Counted from the stretch's first letter, positions 17,088-27,329 are shown. The stretch: DNA of 64,000 nt from Planctomycetia bacterium TMED53 (GCA_002167285.1 NHDG01000117.1:67133-131132), one strand, 5' to 3'. Program-made: numbers and translations. The notes: a model not told the origin generated them from the sequence alone.

Positions 17088-17274
17088 GGTGACCTCCTGA
17101 CGATTCAACTGTTCAGACTTCCGGAACGGTCCGTCCGAGTGCGGTTGCCTCCGCACCTCCCCGGAGGATAATCCGAATAAGAGTCCGAGGCGAGAACCCG
17201 AATGCGGAATCCGTACTTTCCAGCGTTTCTTTCGTCTCACCCATGAGCCCCTTTTTACGCTGAAGGTCGGTGGC

Positions 17275-18582
17275 ATGATCGGCGCCTTTCGAGAATTGAT
17301 CCGTCACCCGATCCGATCCTTCCTGATTTGTCAGGGGATCCTCTGGGCTGTGACCCTGATGGTCGCTCCAGCTGCGATCCTGGAGGGCTCCCGCGAGGCT
17401 GCGGTGGGAAGATCTGAAGAGTTGGGCACCGACAGAATTCAGCTGGAGATTCAAGATGGTGCGCCCAGGCCCCTCGATGAGGCCGATTTGGCAGCATTGA
17501 AGTCACGATTTGAGGACTCCAACAACTCCGGAGTGCCTTCCGCCAGGGTTACCGGCATCTCGGCTCTGAATGCCCGCTTCAGTGGAAATCGAAGTGCCTC
17601 AGGTTGGATTCTGCAAACCGATAATGAGGAACCCTTTGTCAGGTCTTTGGAACTTGCAGCGGGCCGTTGGCTGAGTTCTGGAGCTGTGCCCCCAGAGCTC
17701 GTGATCGAATCTTCATTGGCGAAAATCTGGCTTGAAGAAGGTGAGAGTGTCGAAGATCTCACCGGTCGCGAAGCGTGGATTGCTCCCGGTTCCTTTGGCA
17801 GTCAGAGGGTCGGATTCGGGACTGAGGCTCCTGAGGGCGCAACCCGTTATAAAATCGTCGGTGTCATGGCTCCCGTCGCAGAAATCGATCCCCTCGGTTT
17901 CGGCAAGGATCATTCATTCACGGAGTTGATCGAGGGGGTCCTCAAAATGTTGGGGGTTGCCCCAGATTCCGCACCTTGGCTTGAAGCGGGGACCTCCGTA
18001 CACGTCTCCCGTGAAGATTTTCCTGTCACCGGGAAGGTGGTGGATTGGGTCGTGATCAAAACCGACCCCTCTCAGGTCCAAGAGGTTGGGAGGCTAGCGG
18101 AAGAAGAGCTGCTGAGGAGGGGCTGCGCTACTCTGATCTACAGCAATGCCGCTTGGGCAGTAATTTCTAGCCCTGAGTTGGATGGTTACTTGGTTCTGCA
18201 CGATGTGTTCTTTGTCATCTCCGCGGTGACCGGTTTTCTGGTATTGGCCAATCTGCTGCTGCTCACCGGTCGAAGGCGACGAGGTGAGGTTGGGCTGAGA
18301 CGCGCAGAGGGAGCAACAAGGTTCGACATCTTTAGGCAGTTCCTTTGGGAAGGATTAGTGATCGCGCTTTTCGGTGCGGTACTGGGAACCTTGATGGCGA
18401 TGGGGTTGGCCGAGATCAGGGTTTGGCTCGACCCATCGGCGTTATTGGCGGTGACGTGGCCTTGGGGGACGATTTTTGAATCGGTATTGATCGTCAGTAT
18501 CGGTGCCGCCCTCGCTTCCGCAGGTCCAGCATGGTCTGTGAGTGGGGTCGATCCCGCGGGATTGCTGAGCGAAAAGAGATGA
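17275..18582 (+). CDS. MacB/FtsX-type ABC transporter permease
   Basis: N-terminal TM, large extracytoplasmic domain, three C-terminal TMs, FtsX-type motif LRRAEGATRFDI. Confidence 0.8.
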   Translation: MIGAFRELIRHPIRSFLICQGILWAVTLMVAPAAILEGSREAAVGRSEELGTDRIQLEIQDGAPRPLDEADLAALKSRFEDSNNSGVPSARVTGISALNARFSGNRSASGWILQTDNEEPFVRSLELAAGRWLSSGAVPPELVIESSLAKIWLEEGESVEDLTGREAWIAPGSFGSQRVGFGTEAPEGATRYKIVGVMAPVAEIDPLGFGKDHSFTELIEGVLKMLGVAPDSAPWLEAGTSVHVSREDFPVTGKVVDWVVIKTDPSQVQEVGRLAEEELLRRGCATLIYSNAAWAVISSPELDGYLVLHDVFFVISAVTGFLVLANLLLLTGRRRRGEVGLRRAEGATRFDIFRQFLWEGLVIALFGAVLGTLMAMGLAEIRVWLDPSALLAVTWPWGTIFESVLIVSIGAALASAGPAWSVSGVDPAGLLSEKR

Positions 18583-18586
18583 TCTC

Positions 18587-19846
18587 GTGCTGATACTTCG
18601 AGACGCCTACTCCAGGATTATAAATCACAAGGCGCGCTCGCTCTTGGTGACTCTCACCTTCGTACTGGGACTCTCCTCAGTGATCAGTATCGTCGGGACC
18701 ATCGAGGGCGGTCGCCGTGCCATCGAGCATGATCTTGAGGCGCTGGGCTCCGATTTGATCGCTCTCGTCAATCCTCTCAAGCTGGGAACCGTTTCGATGG
18801 GAATCATGACCGAAGGTGAGCCCATCACTTCAGAAGACTTGGTTTCCCTGAGATCTTTGCTCGAAGAATCGGTCGATTCAGTTTCTCCATTGTCGATCGA
18901 TCTCGGATTGACCACCTTCGGTGATATTGCTTGGCGTCACACAATGGTATCGACGACACCGGGATTTCGATCGGTGTTGCGCTCAGGATTGCTAGCGGGC
19001 AGATATCTGGAAGAGACTGACCGCTGGCCCACCACTGAAGGATTACCGGTGCCGACGGTGATCGACGAAGCGTTGGCGTTGAAGTTTTTCTACCGAGCTG
19101 AAGACGCGATGGGAAAGAAGTTGCGATCGATTCGTAACGGTAAGGCTTTCGATTGTGAAATCATCGGTGTCGTCAAAGATCCTCTCCTATTGCGTCAGCA
19201 TTTGAGCTCATTCGATGCGACCTCGAAAGCACGATCGATACCGGCAAGGCGATTGGAATTCTTGAATCTTTACATGCCTTGGAGAGCTGAATCAGATCAA
19301 CCCGCCGTCGTGATTATCGACTCGAAGGACGTGGATAGGGTGGATCAGATCGAGCCGACCATCTCCGAGTGGATCGGTGCTCAAGGGAAGGGGGTATACC
19401 TCCACGTCCAAAAGGATTGGACCCGGGTAGTTTTGGAGATGGTTGATCGCTTTCGCGGCCTCGGCCACTTCATTTGGGTTCTTGACCTGGTCATCGTTCT
19501 CATCTTGACGGCGACAATTTCACTGCTGGCCATCGATGAAAGCATGGGAGAGGTCGCCTTGCGTCGTGCCGAAGGTGCTAGGGTGTTTCAGGTGACAGGC
19601 CCCGTCTTTCTCGAAGCGGGAATCCTTGCCCTTATTGCTCTCCTCCCCGGGTACTATCTGGGTTTAAAGATTATTGAGATCGGGATCGTGCCTGTTTTGG
19701 GTTGGCAAGCTTGGCTTCCACCGACAACCCTTTTCGGCACTTTTGTTGCATTAGTATTGACGGCGATGCTTTCAGCAGTGTTGCCAGCTTGGCGGGTAGC
19801 AACGATGGACCCCGCAACGGTTCTCTGTGGACGGAGAGATCTGTGA
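18587..19846 (+). CDS. MacB/FtsX-type ABC transporter permease (paralogue of the previous gene)
   Basis: Same architecture. Motif LRRAEGARVFQV. Confidence 0.8.
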   Translation: MLILRDAYSRIINHKARSLLVTLTFVLGLSSVISIVGTIEGGRRAIEHDLEALGSDLIALVNPLKLGTVSMGIMTEGEPITSEDLVSLRSLLEESVDSVSPLSIDLGLTTFGDIAWRHTMVSTTPGFRSVLRSGLLAGRYLEETDRWPTTEGLPVPTVIDEALALKFFYRAEDAMGKKLRSIRNGKAFDCEIIGVVKDPLLLRQHLSSFDATSKARSIPARRLEFLNLYMPWRAESDQPAVVIIDSKDVDRVDQIEPTISEWIGAQGKGVYLHVQKDWTRVVLEMVDRFRGLGHFIWVLDLVIVLILTATISLLAIDESMGEVALRRAEGARVFQVTGPVFLEAGILALIALLPGYYLGLKIIEIGIVPVLGWQAWLPPTTLFGTFVALVLTAMLSAVLPAWRVATMDPATVLCGRRDL

Positions 19847-20538
19847 GTTTAGTTGACTCAGAAAACTTGATCGTCGATATGCAAGAGATCGAAAGATCTT
19901 TTGGTGAGGGCGATACTTCTGTTCGCGCATTGGCAGGAGTCGATCTGCAGATTTCCCAAGGAGAGTTCGTCGCGATCGTTGGCGCCTCCGGGAGTGGCAA
20001 GAGCACTCTTCTGCAAATCCTTGGCTGCCTGGATCGAGCAGATTCGGGAAGGTACCACCTGTCGGGTCAAGATGTGCTGACCCTGTCAGAGCGGGAGATG
20101 GCAAAGGTGCGAAATGAAACGATTGGATTTGTCTTTCAGTCATTTCATCTTCTCGGCGACCGGGATGCTTTGGCCAATGTAAAGCTACCCCTCGAATATC
20201 GCAGGGGTGGAAAGAGCCATGGCGATCCCAAGGAAACTTTGAATCGGGTTCAACTCACTGATCGCATGCATCATCGACCGTCGCAATTGAGTGGGGGAGA
20301 AAGGCAGCGTGTAGCCATTGCGAGGGCCCTGGTCAAAAAGCCTGACTTGCTTCTCTGCGATGAGCCTACGGGAAATTTGGATAGTGAAAATGGCCAGCAG
20401 GTTCTCGATTTGTTGTCGGGTTTAAGGGAAGACTTCAAGACGACTCTGGTTTTGGTGACCCATGATTCAGAGGTTGCTGCCCGTGCCGATCGGACTCTTG
20501 TCCTCAAAGATGGGCTTTGGTTGGAGGGTGCCAGTTGA
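19843..20538 (+). CDS. ABC transporter ATP-binding protein (MacB/LolD-like)
   Basis: GASGSGKST, LSGGERQRVAIARAL, LLLCDEPTGNLD. GTG 19843 overlaps the upstream stop (GTGA). Confidence 0.9.
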   Translation: MSLVDSENLIVDMQEIERSFGEGDTSVRALAGVDLQISQGEFVAIVGASGSGKSTLLQILGCLDRADSGRYHLSGQDVLTLSEREMAKVRNETIGFVFQSFHLLGDRDALANVKLPLEYRRGGKSHGDPKETLNRVQLTDRMHHRPSQLSGGERQRVAIARALVKKPDLLLCDEPTGNLDSENGQQVLDLLSGLREDFKTTLVLVTHDSEVAARADRTLVLKDGLWLEGAS

Positions 20539-21551
20539 TGAGATTCTTATTGCTCGTGCTCTTATTGACACTGCCCTTTTTGATCGGGTGCCAAGGCGGA
20601 GACGCTCCGGTGGTGACCATCTATTGTGCGCACGATCGTGCTCACGCTGAAAAGATTCTCGATCTATTTCAGGAGGAGACGGGTATTCGTGTTGAGGCGG
20701 TCTTCGATACAGAGGCGAATAAAACGGTTGGACTTGCAGAGAGACTTCGCGCAGAGAAGCAAAGGCCTCGCTGCGATCTGCATTGGTCCAACGAGCCGCT
20801 GCGTTCAGTGCGATTGGCGAAGGAGGGGATCTACCGCCCCTTGCCAGAGGATATCGCTTCTGGAATCGATGATCGTTGGAAGGACCCGGCAGGATTATGG
20901 TGTGGATTTGCCGGACGTATTCGCGCCTTGGCTCTCGCGCCGAAATCCCCCGCTGTTGGAACTGACACTCCAGAATCGGTCAAGCAACTCACCGATGTTC
21001 GTTGGCGTGGGAAAGTTGCCATCGCCGATCCACGGCTAGGTACCACTGGTACGCACATGGCGATCCTCAAATGGGCATGGGGCGAAGAGGAGTTCCTCAA
21101 CTGGCTCGAAGCACTCGAGAAAAACGAAGTCAGGGTTGTCGCCTCCAACTCAGCTACCCGTGATCGAGTGATTACGGGTGAAGTTTGGATCGGAATGACC
21201 GATACGGATGACATCGAAGTGGTACGGCGCCGGGGTGTGGAGATCGGTGAAGGTTTTACAGCAGGGGATGGAGTGATTTTACTTCCGAATGTGGTCGGGC
21301 TGGTTTCTGGTTCCCCACAACCGGAACATGGAGAAACCCTTGCTCGCTGGTTGCTGAGTCCTCGCGTTGAAGAGATTTTGGCGGCTTCTTCCAGTCGGCA
21401 AGTCCCGTTGAACGCCGATGCCAAAGTCCCTGCAGGAGGACTGGCATTGAATGACCTCGGACCACTGTTACCGCTGAATTGGGATGCTGCTGCGGACACA
21501 CTTCCCGGAGCGATTCGGGATGTGGAAAGGGTTCTACTGGATCGTCGATGA
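20538..21551 (+). CDS. Fe(3+)-type ABC transporter substrate-binding lipoprotein (FbpA/AfuA/FutA-like)
   Basis: Signal with lipobox LIGC. VTIYCAHDRAHAEKILDLFQEETGIRVEAVF... is the family 1 SBP pattern. The ATG overlaps the upstream TGA. Confidence 0.75.
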   Translation: MRFLLLVLLLTLPFLIGCQGGDAPVVTIYCAHDRAHAEKILDLFQEETGIRVEAVFDTEANKTVGLAERLRAEKQRPRCDLHWSNEPLRSVRLAKEGIYRPLPEDIASGIDDRWKDPAGLWCGFAGRIRALALAPKSPAVGTDTPESVKQLTDVRWRGKVAIADPRLGTTGTHMAILKWAWGEEEFLNWLEALEKNEVRVVASNSATRDRVITGEVWIGMTDTDDIEVVRRRGVEIGEGFTAGDGVILLPNVVGLVSGSPQPEHGETLARWLLSPRVEEILAASSSRQVPLNADAKVPAGGLALNDLGPLLPLNWDAAADTLPGAIRDVERVLLDRR

Positions 21552-23047
21552 GAAGAATCGTTGCCCGATCATGGCCGATCTGGGTCATCGGATTGGGGTT
21601 TTACCTGCCGGTGGCGATCACGTTTTTTAATGACGCCCGCATGGGATCTTGGGCTGAAGCCTTTTCGAGCACTTGGGCTGCGATTCCTCTTTTCTTTTCC
21701 ACTGCGCTTTTAGCCCTCGCTTCCGCTTTTCTCGCCACATTCATCGGAGCGGTGGACGCACTTCTTTATTCAGCGTTTAGGCAGCCACGTGGAGCTTGGT
21801 TGTGGTTGCTACCTTGTTTGTTGCTGACCTTTACTACCCCGCCAGCAGCCATCGCTTCGGCGATTCAATCAGCATTTGGATCGACGATGTTGATCGGAGG
21901 GTTCAGGGACGAATTCGGTACAGTTCTGTTATTGACCTTGAGATGGGCCCCGGTTGCCTTTCTCGTCTTGGCAGGATTAACCATCACGATTCCCCACTCA
22001 CAAGAGTTGGCGTTGAGACAACTGCCTCCAAAAACGGCTCTTCGATTACGTTGGCAATTGCAGGCTCCTTGGCGAAGAGCGTGCTTTTTTCTGCTCTTTT
22101 TATTGATGTTGCCGGCTGCCGAAATCCCTTCATATACCGGAGTTGAAACCATCTCTCGTAGGATCATGGCACGATTGACAATAGGGGACGGACTCTCGGG
22201 TTGGTTGTTGGCTCTCGGATTAGCGCTCTTACTGGTGCCGATCATCGTGTATTGGTTCCCTTCGCAGCGATTGCTGGGCAGGTCGTTTCAAGTTCGTGAT
22301 CCCCATGGATTACCGCGATCAAATTGGCTACTGCCTTGGTGGTTATTGAGATTGATTCCAGTGGTGGCGTTGATCTCGGTTTTATGGGTGACCGCATTGC
22401 CTCAAGCGTCAGAAACTGAGGCCGCGAGTAGGGAGTTTCTTGGCGCGTTGTGGGATGGCCTCAGTGAGCTTCCGAGGGGGATCATCGTCGTGGTTCTTCC
22501 AACTCTTGCTTGTTGGTCTCTGGTAAGTCAGCAAAGAACCCGTGCGCTCTTGTTGTGGTGTATGCCGACATTTTTACCTGTGAGCCTGATCGCTCTCGCC
22601 CTCGCTTCTTCGGTGAGGCCTTGGTTGCCGGCAGCGCTCGACAGTTTTCCATTGCTGTTATCTATCGCTCAGATGATTCAACTTGGAGCACTCGCGGTTA
22701 TCGTAGGAATCTTGTCGTTACGAATGATTCCAAAGCATGAGCTGCAGTCTGCTCAATTGCTTCCACCGGGCTGGAGTCGCTGGAAAGTATTGTTTCCAAG
22801 GTCACTACCGGTACTACTTCCTGCAGCGATATTGGGAATGCTGCTGATACTGGGAGAGGTGCAATCGACACTGATCTTAGCTCCACCGGGGCATCCATCC
22901 CCTGCTCTGGAGTTGCATCAGTTGCTGCACTTCCGCAATGATGAGCAGGCGGCGAGGTTGGCACTCGCATTGGTCGTGATCAGCTTGCTGTGGACGCTTT
23001 TATTTTCCTGGCTGATCCGTGGTAAAGGAGATTCGGATGGCAAATGA
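21548..23047 (+). CDS. ABC importer permease, fused double transmembrane domain (FbpB-like)
   Basis: About 12 predicted TMs and two degenerate EAA-like loops (SQELALRQLP..., ELQSAQLLPP...). ATGA overlap with the SBP gene. Confidence 0.65.
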   Translation: MRRIVARSWPIWVIGLGFYLPVAITFFNDARMGSWAEAFSSTWAAIPLFFSTALLALASAFLATFIGAVDALLYSAFRQPRGAWLWLLPCLLLTFTTPPAAIASAIQSAFGSTMLIGGFRDEFGTVLLLTLRWAPVAFLVLAGLTITIPHSQELALRQLPPKTALRLRWQLQAPWRRACFFLLFLLMLPAAEIPSYTGVETISRRIMARLTIGDGLSGWLLALGLALLLVPIIVYWFPSQRLLGRSFQVRDPHGLPRSNWLLPWWLLRLIPVVALISVLWVTALPQASETEAASREFLGALWDGLSELPRGIIVVVLPTLACWSLVSQQRTRALLLWCMPTFLPVSLIALALASSVRPWLPAALDSFPLLLSIAQMIQLGALAVIVGILSLRMIPKHELQSAQLLPPGWSRWKVLFPRSLPVLLPAAILGMLLILGEVQSTLILAPPGHPSPALELHQLLHFRNDEQAARLALALVVISLLWTLLFSWLIRGKGDSDGK

Positions 23048-23663
23048 AGTCATCCTTGAGCTCAAGGATTTGATCGTTCGCAGAGGCGCGAGTCGCTTGG
23101 GGCCATTGAGCTTATCTCTCAGTAGAGGTAGTTGGATCAGCGTCATCGGCGCGAACGGATCCGGAAAGAGTAGTTTGCTCGAAGCGATTGCCGGTTTTCT
23201 CCCTGTCGAATCTGGCAGTGTTGTGATCAACGGAGAAGGGAGAAATCCTACAGCGGAGGAGCTTGCTCCCTGGCAAAGGGGGATCGGTTGGCTCGGTCAG
23301 CAGCGTGGGCTTTGGCCCCATTTGACTCTGCGTGGACAGTGCGGCTTGCATACAGAATCCTTCTCTGAAAAAGACCTTCTCGATTGTGCGAAGGATTTGA
23401 ATCTGGAATCACTGCTTGACCGCAAACCGGGCCAGTTATCTGGAGGCGAAGCACAGAGGGGTGAACTGCTTCGGGCCCTGAGTTCTGGGGCTCCCATGTT
23501 GATTCTCGATGAGCCGTTTGCTGCTCAAAACAAGGACCACAGGGAAGCAATATTGGAGCGATTAGAAGTTGAGAAGTCACGGGGTAGAGCGATTCTCATG
23601 GCCCTACACGAGACGCTGGAAGGTATTGAGGAGGTTCACCTTCCCACAAGGGAGTCAGCTTGA
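23037..23663 (+). CDS. ABC transporter ATP-binding protein (short form, no C-terminal regulatory domain)
   Basis: GANGSGKSS, LSGGEAQRG, MLILDEP. Confidence 0.85.
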   Translation: MANEVILELKDLIVRRGASRLGPLSLSLSRGSWISVIGANGSGKSSLLEAIAGFLPVESGSVVINGEGRNPTAEELAPWQRGIGWLGQQRGLWPHLTLRGQCGLHTESFSEKDLLDCAKDLNLESLLDRKPGQLSGGEAQRGELLRALSSGAPMLILDEPFAAQNKDHREAILERLEVEKSRGRAILMALHETLEGIEEVHLPTRESA

Positions 23664-24413
23664 GTCTGTGACTTGCTGATTGTCGCTTTCGCTGCGAAAG
23701 CGACCATCGATCATCTGTAATCGACGATCTGCCCGCGATGCCAAATCAGGATCATGGGTGACTACCAAAATTGAAGTAGAAAGATCCTGATGAAGCTCCC
23801 TGAGCAATTGATGGATGCTTTCACTGGTTCGTGAGTCGAGGTTTCCGGTGGGCTCGTCGCAGAGCAGCAGCTTTGGTGAAAGCATCAAAGCGCGTGCAAT
23901 CGCTACCCGTTGGCGTTCTCCACCGGAAAGAGTTCCCGGTGCTTGGCGTTCGCGCCCTTTTAAGCCGACCCTTTCGAGCAGTGATTCCCCTCGAGCTTCG
24001 AATTGACTTCGCTTTTTATTCCACTCACCGGTTTCTTGGCTAATGAAGGTGGGCAATAAAACGTTTTCCAATACGTCGAGATCTGGAAGCAGATGGAAAA
24101 ATTGGAAGACAAATCCGATGAAGTGATTTCGTAAACGACAACGGTCTTCTTCACTGAGATCGGAAGATCGCCAGGTGCGTGAGTCATCTCTGTAGGTGAT
24201 TTCTCCACTGGTCGGAGAATCGAGAAGTCCAAGGCAGTGGAGCAGAGTACTTTTGCCAACGCCGCTCATCCCGACGATTGCGACCATCTCTGATTCATGG
24301 ATTTGCATCTCGAGTTCGCGCAGAACCTTTAGCTCGGCGCCATTCGCCATCGGAAAAGATTTCACCAGTTTCCTGGCAGAGATCACAGGAAGTGCGGCGG
24401 ATAACTCATTCAT
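23655..24413 (-). CDS. lolD: Lipoprotein-releasing system ATP-binding protein LolD-like
   Basis: GMSGVGKST, LSGGERQRVAIARAL, LLLCDEPTGNLD. The start MNELSAAL overlaps the upstream permease stop. Confidence 0.8.
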   Translation of the reverse strand: MNELSAALPVISARKLVKSFPMANGAELKVLRELEMQIHESEMVAIVGMSGVGKSTLLHCLGLLDSPTSGEITYRDDSRTWRSSDLSEEDRCRLRNHFIGFVFQFFHLLPDLDVLENVLLPTFISQETGEWNKKRSQFEARGESLLERVGLKGRERQAPGTLSGGERQRVAIARALMLSPKLLLCDEPTGNLDSRTSESIHQLLRELHQDLSTSILVVTHDPDLASRADRRLQMIDGRFRSESDNQQVTDSS

Positions 24414-25890
24414 GGTGCAACGCCTTGATGGGGTCTTGGCGACCTGCGCGAATCGCCGGCAGGATACTACCGAGGAAACCAAAGATGAGTGTCGGCAGAC
24501 AGACCAAGAGAACATCCTCCCAGCGCAGGATCGCCGGAATCCTTTCGAGATAATAGACGTCTGGCGGGAACAATCTCAGACCGGTCATGTCGTATACCCA
24601 GTCGTGGAAGGCGTTGATGTTTTCAAGGAAGATCCAGCCTCCCAGCAAGCCAAGAACTGCTCCCAGAGTACAAAGGAACATGCCTTGGCGTAGAACCAAA
24701 GAGACAACCCCTCCTCGGGTTGCCCCCAGTGCTCTGAGGACCCCAAGATCTCTCTGCTTTTCGATCACCAAAAGCATCAAAATCAAAAAGATCATGCCGG
24801 CAGCAAATGCCACGATCAGAAGCATCAACACCGAGATGATACGTTTTTCAATTTCGACCGCTTGAATCAAGTGTGCCCTCTTGTCCTCCCATGTTTCGTA
24901 GGAGGGGCTGCGCATGGGGATCGATTCGGGGTCACTTTCGTCGAGGAGCATGCGACGCTCGATCTCACGGCGGACGTCAACCTTGATTTGATCTGCGGAG
25001 GCGTAATCGTCGAGTTTGACTGAGATTCCGGAAAGGCGCATGTCTTCTGCATCCTCATCCCAAAGCTCGAGTGTGTTTTGGAGCGCTCGAATGTCTGTGA
25101 ATGCCCATCTCAAATCCTGTTCGTAGACTCCCGACTGGAAAGCTCCCACGACCAGAAAATTTCCTGAGCAAGGTTCAAGGGTGACCGGTGAGTAGGAGGA
25201 GATTTGGACCACATCTCCCATTTGTAGTCGAAAGCTTCGTAGCGCTTCGATACCAACGATGATCGCCTGAGGTGGTGATTCGACGCTAAAGCCAGATCCG
25301 GGATCTTCTTCCAACCGCCATCGCATCACCTCTCTTCGTCTTTTGAGGGAGAAGAGCTGCTCGACCTGCTCCAGCGCCATCGGTTCCCGCTCGGGCGGCA
25401 ACAGCATATAGCGATCCCTCAGCATCATGTTGATCTCAGAGTCAGAGAGCAGGAAGCGAGCGAGATCGGATACCTGAGATTCTGCGATAGGATCGACTCC
25501 CCGAAGTACGCAGTGATCCATGACTCCGACCTTATAAAGAGCCAGGGTCGTCACGTTAGGAGCGGCGGCGGCGACCCCTTCAACTCCCTGGATCGCCTCG
25601 AGAAGTAAGTCTTCACCGACCAGTCCTCGGAAGGGATCTGCTTCGACGACGAGGTGGGAGAGGGTTCCACGGATGCGATCCCGCATCTCGATTTTGAACC
25701 CCTCCATCACTGCGAGGACAGTCAGAAGGGAAAAGACACCGAGAGTTACAGCCAAGGTGGCTGCCCATGGAGCCCAACGTTTGCTGAGGTAGCGCTGGAT
25801 GAGGTAGTTTTGATATTTCAACGATTCTCCGGGGCCATGAGGTCGTTTATGTCTACTTCCTGGAATGACCGAATGCAAGAGTTGAAACAA
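24406..25890 (-). CDS. Lipoprotein-releasing system permease LolC/LolE-like (FtsX family)
   Basis: LIQRYLSKRW...LTVLAVMEGFKIEMRDRIRGTLSHLVV is the typical LolC/E N-terminus. Three C-terminal TMs. Confidence 0.8.
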   Translation of the reverse strand: MFQLLHSVIPGSRHKRPHGPGESLKYQNYLIQRYLSKRWAPWAATLAVTLGVFSLLTVLAVMEGFKIEMRDRIRGTLSHLVVEADPFRGLVGEDLLLEAIQGVEGVAAAAPNVTTLALYKVGVMDHCVLRGVDPIAESQVSDLARFLLSDSEINMMLRDRYMLLPPEREPMALEQVEQLFSLKRRREVMRWRLEEDPGSGFSVESPPQAIIVGIEALRSFRLQMGDVVQISSYSPVTLEPCSGNFLVVGAFQSGVYEQDLRWAFTDIRALQNTLELWDEDAEDMRLSGISVKLDDYASADQIKVDVRREIERRMLLDESDPESIPMRSPSYETWEDKRAHLIQAVEIEKRIISVLMLLIVAFAAGMIFLILMLLVIEKQRDLGVLRALGATRGGVVSLVLRQGMFLCTLGAVLGLLGGWIFLENINAFHDWVYDMTGLRLFPPDVYYLERIPAILRWEDVLLVCLPTLIFGFLGSILPAIRAGRQDPIKALHHE

Positions 25891-26246
25891 AGCATAAAAA
25901 TACTCACAACTACTTAATCTGTATGAACTTGTGAATCAGTCACCCGGATTTGTTATGGATTGCGATTCACTTCATGGCCTCAGGGTATGCGGTTACAATC
26001 GCCCTAGAGCCCTGCATGGCAAAGATCATGCAGAACCCAACTTCTCTGCCAACCAGAAACGATCCGATACTCAGGATCGTTCCTGAGTTTAACCGTGCTC
26101 CGAGTAGGAGATTTTCTTCTGCCCTCGCTGAGGGGGCTAGGATTGCCCTCTGGGGAGCGAAGCGGGAAGACAGGGATCAAATTGGAGACCGCGCCGCCTA
26201 CTACTTCGGCGTGAGTCCAAATAAACACCACAGACCAAGGGGAAAC

Positions 26247-27329
26247 ATGAAGATCGAAAAAATCGAAACAGAAGGTTATGAGAACGTCGTCATGGCCAAG
26301 GATGCGGAAACCGGCCTACGGGCGGTGATCGCGGTCCATGACACCACTCTGGGACCCGCTCTCGGTGGTTTGCGTATGTGGAATTACGCCACCGAAGAAG
26401 AGGCTGTTTTTGATGTTTTGCGCCTTTCCAAGGGGATGACCTACAAGAGTGCCTGTGCCAACACCGGTCTCGGTGGAGGCAAGGCGGTCATCATCGGCGA
26501 TCGACACAAGGACAAGAGTGAGGCGCTTTTCCGAGCGATGGGGCGCTTCGTCGATTCTCTCGGCGGCACCTACATCACTGCGGAAGATGTCGGAATCGGA
26601 ATCCAGGAACTGGAGTGGCTTCAGCAAGAGACTCGACACGTCACGGGATTGAGTCGAGAGTCCGGTTCCAGCGGAAATCCCTCCCCCTTCACTGCCCGCG
26701 GCTGCATCCGTGGACTCTTCGCCTGCACTGAGGAAAAGTTTGGTACCAGTCACCTCGATCGTTTGCACTACTCAGTCCAAGGTCTGGGTCAGGTCGGCGG
26801 CGATGTCGTTCGGTGTTTGTCGATGTTGGGAGCACGGGTAACGGTCACAGATATCAATGAAGATCTTTGTGCAGAGTTTTCTGCATTGCCAGGAGTTGAA
26901 GTCGTCCGCGGTGAAGAGATTTACGCTGTCGATGCGGACGTATTCATGCCCTGTGCCCTTGGTGGAATCCTTAACGATGAGACGATTCCGCGTCTTAAAG
27001 TTAAAGTAGTTGCCGGTGCAGCGAACAATCAGCTTCTCGCTGAAGAGCATGCCGAAAGGCTTCATGAGCTCGACATCCTTTATGCCCCGGATTTCATCAT
27101 CAATGCTGGCGGAATCATCAACGTTTCAGTTGAGGTACGCCCTGAGGGCTATCACGAGAGAACTGCGGTTGCCAAGATCGAGAACATCTACGACGGCTTG
27201 CGTGAAGTTTTCGAAACCTCTCGTAGGGAAAACCTGACTCCTGCAGAGGCCGCTTATCGGGTCGCAGAACAGCGTCTCGAGGAGGCTCGGCAATTGAATG
27301 GTCATTCGGTTGCTGATTCCACCACCTGA
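26247..27329 (+). CDS. ldh: Leucine (Leu/Phe/Val) dehydrogenase
   Basis: MKIEKIETEGYENVV..AVIAVHDTTLGPALGGLRMW, GLGGGKAVI, Rossmann VQGLGQVGGDV. AAGGGG lies 5 nt upstream of ATG 26247. Confidence 0.9.
   Translation: MKIEKIETEGYENVVMAKDAETGLRAVIAVHDTTLGPALGGLRMWNYATEEEAVFDVLRLSKGMTYKSACANTGLGGGKAVIIGDRHKDKSEALFRAMGRFVDSLGGTYITAEDVGIGIQELEWLQQETRHVTGLSRESGSSGNPSPFTARGCIRGLFACTEEKFGTSHLDRLHYSVQGLGQVGGDVVRCLSMLGARVTVTDINEDLCAEFSALPGVEVVRGEEIYAVDADVFMPCALGGILNDETIPRLKVKVVAGAANNQLLAEEHAERLHELDILYAPDFIINAGGIINVSVEVRPEGYHERTAVAKIENIYDGLREVFETSRRENLTPAEAAYRVAEQRLEEARQLNGHSVADSTT

Noticed and set aside
25950-26246. 99-codon N-terminal extension of the leucine dehydrogenase ORF given in the track
   Set aside because: The family N-terminus starts at MKIEKIETEGYENVV (ATG 26247) with its own Shine-Dalgarno. 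The extension has no homology-like features and overlaps predicted RNA hairpins.
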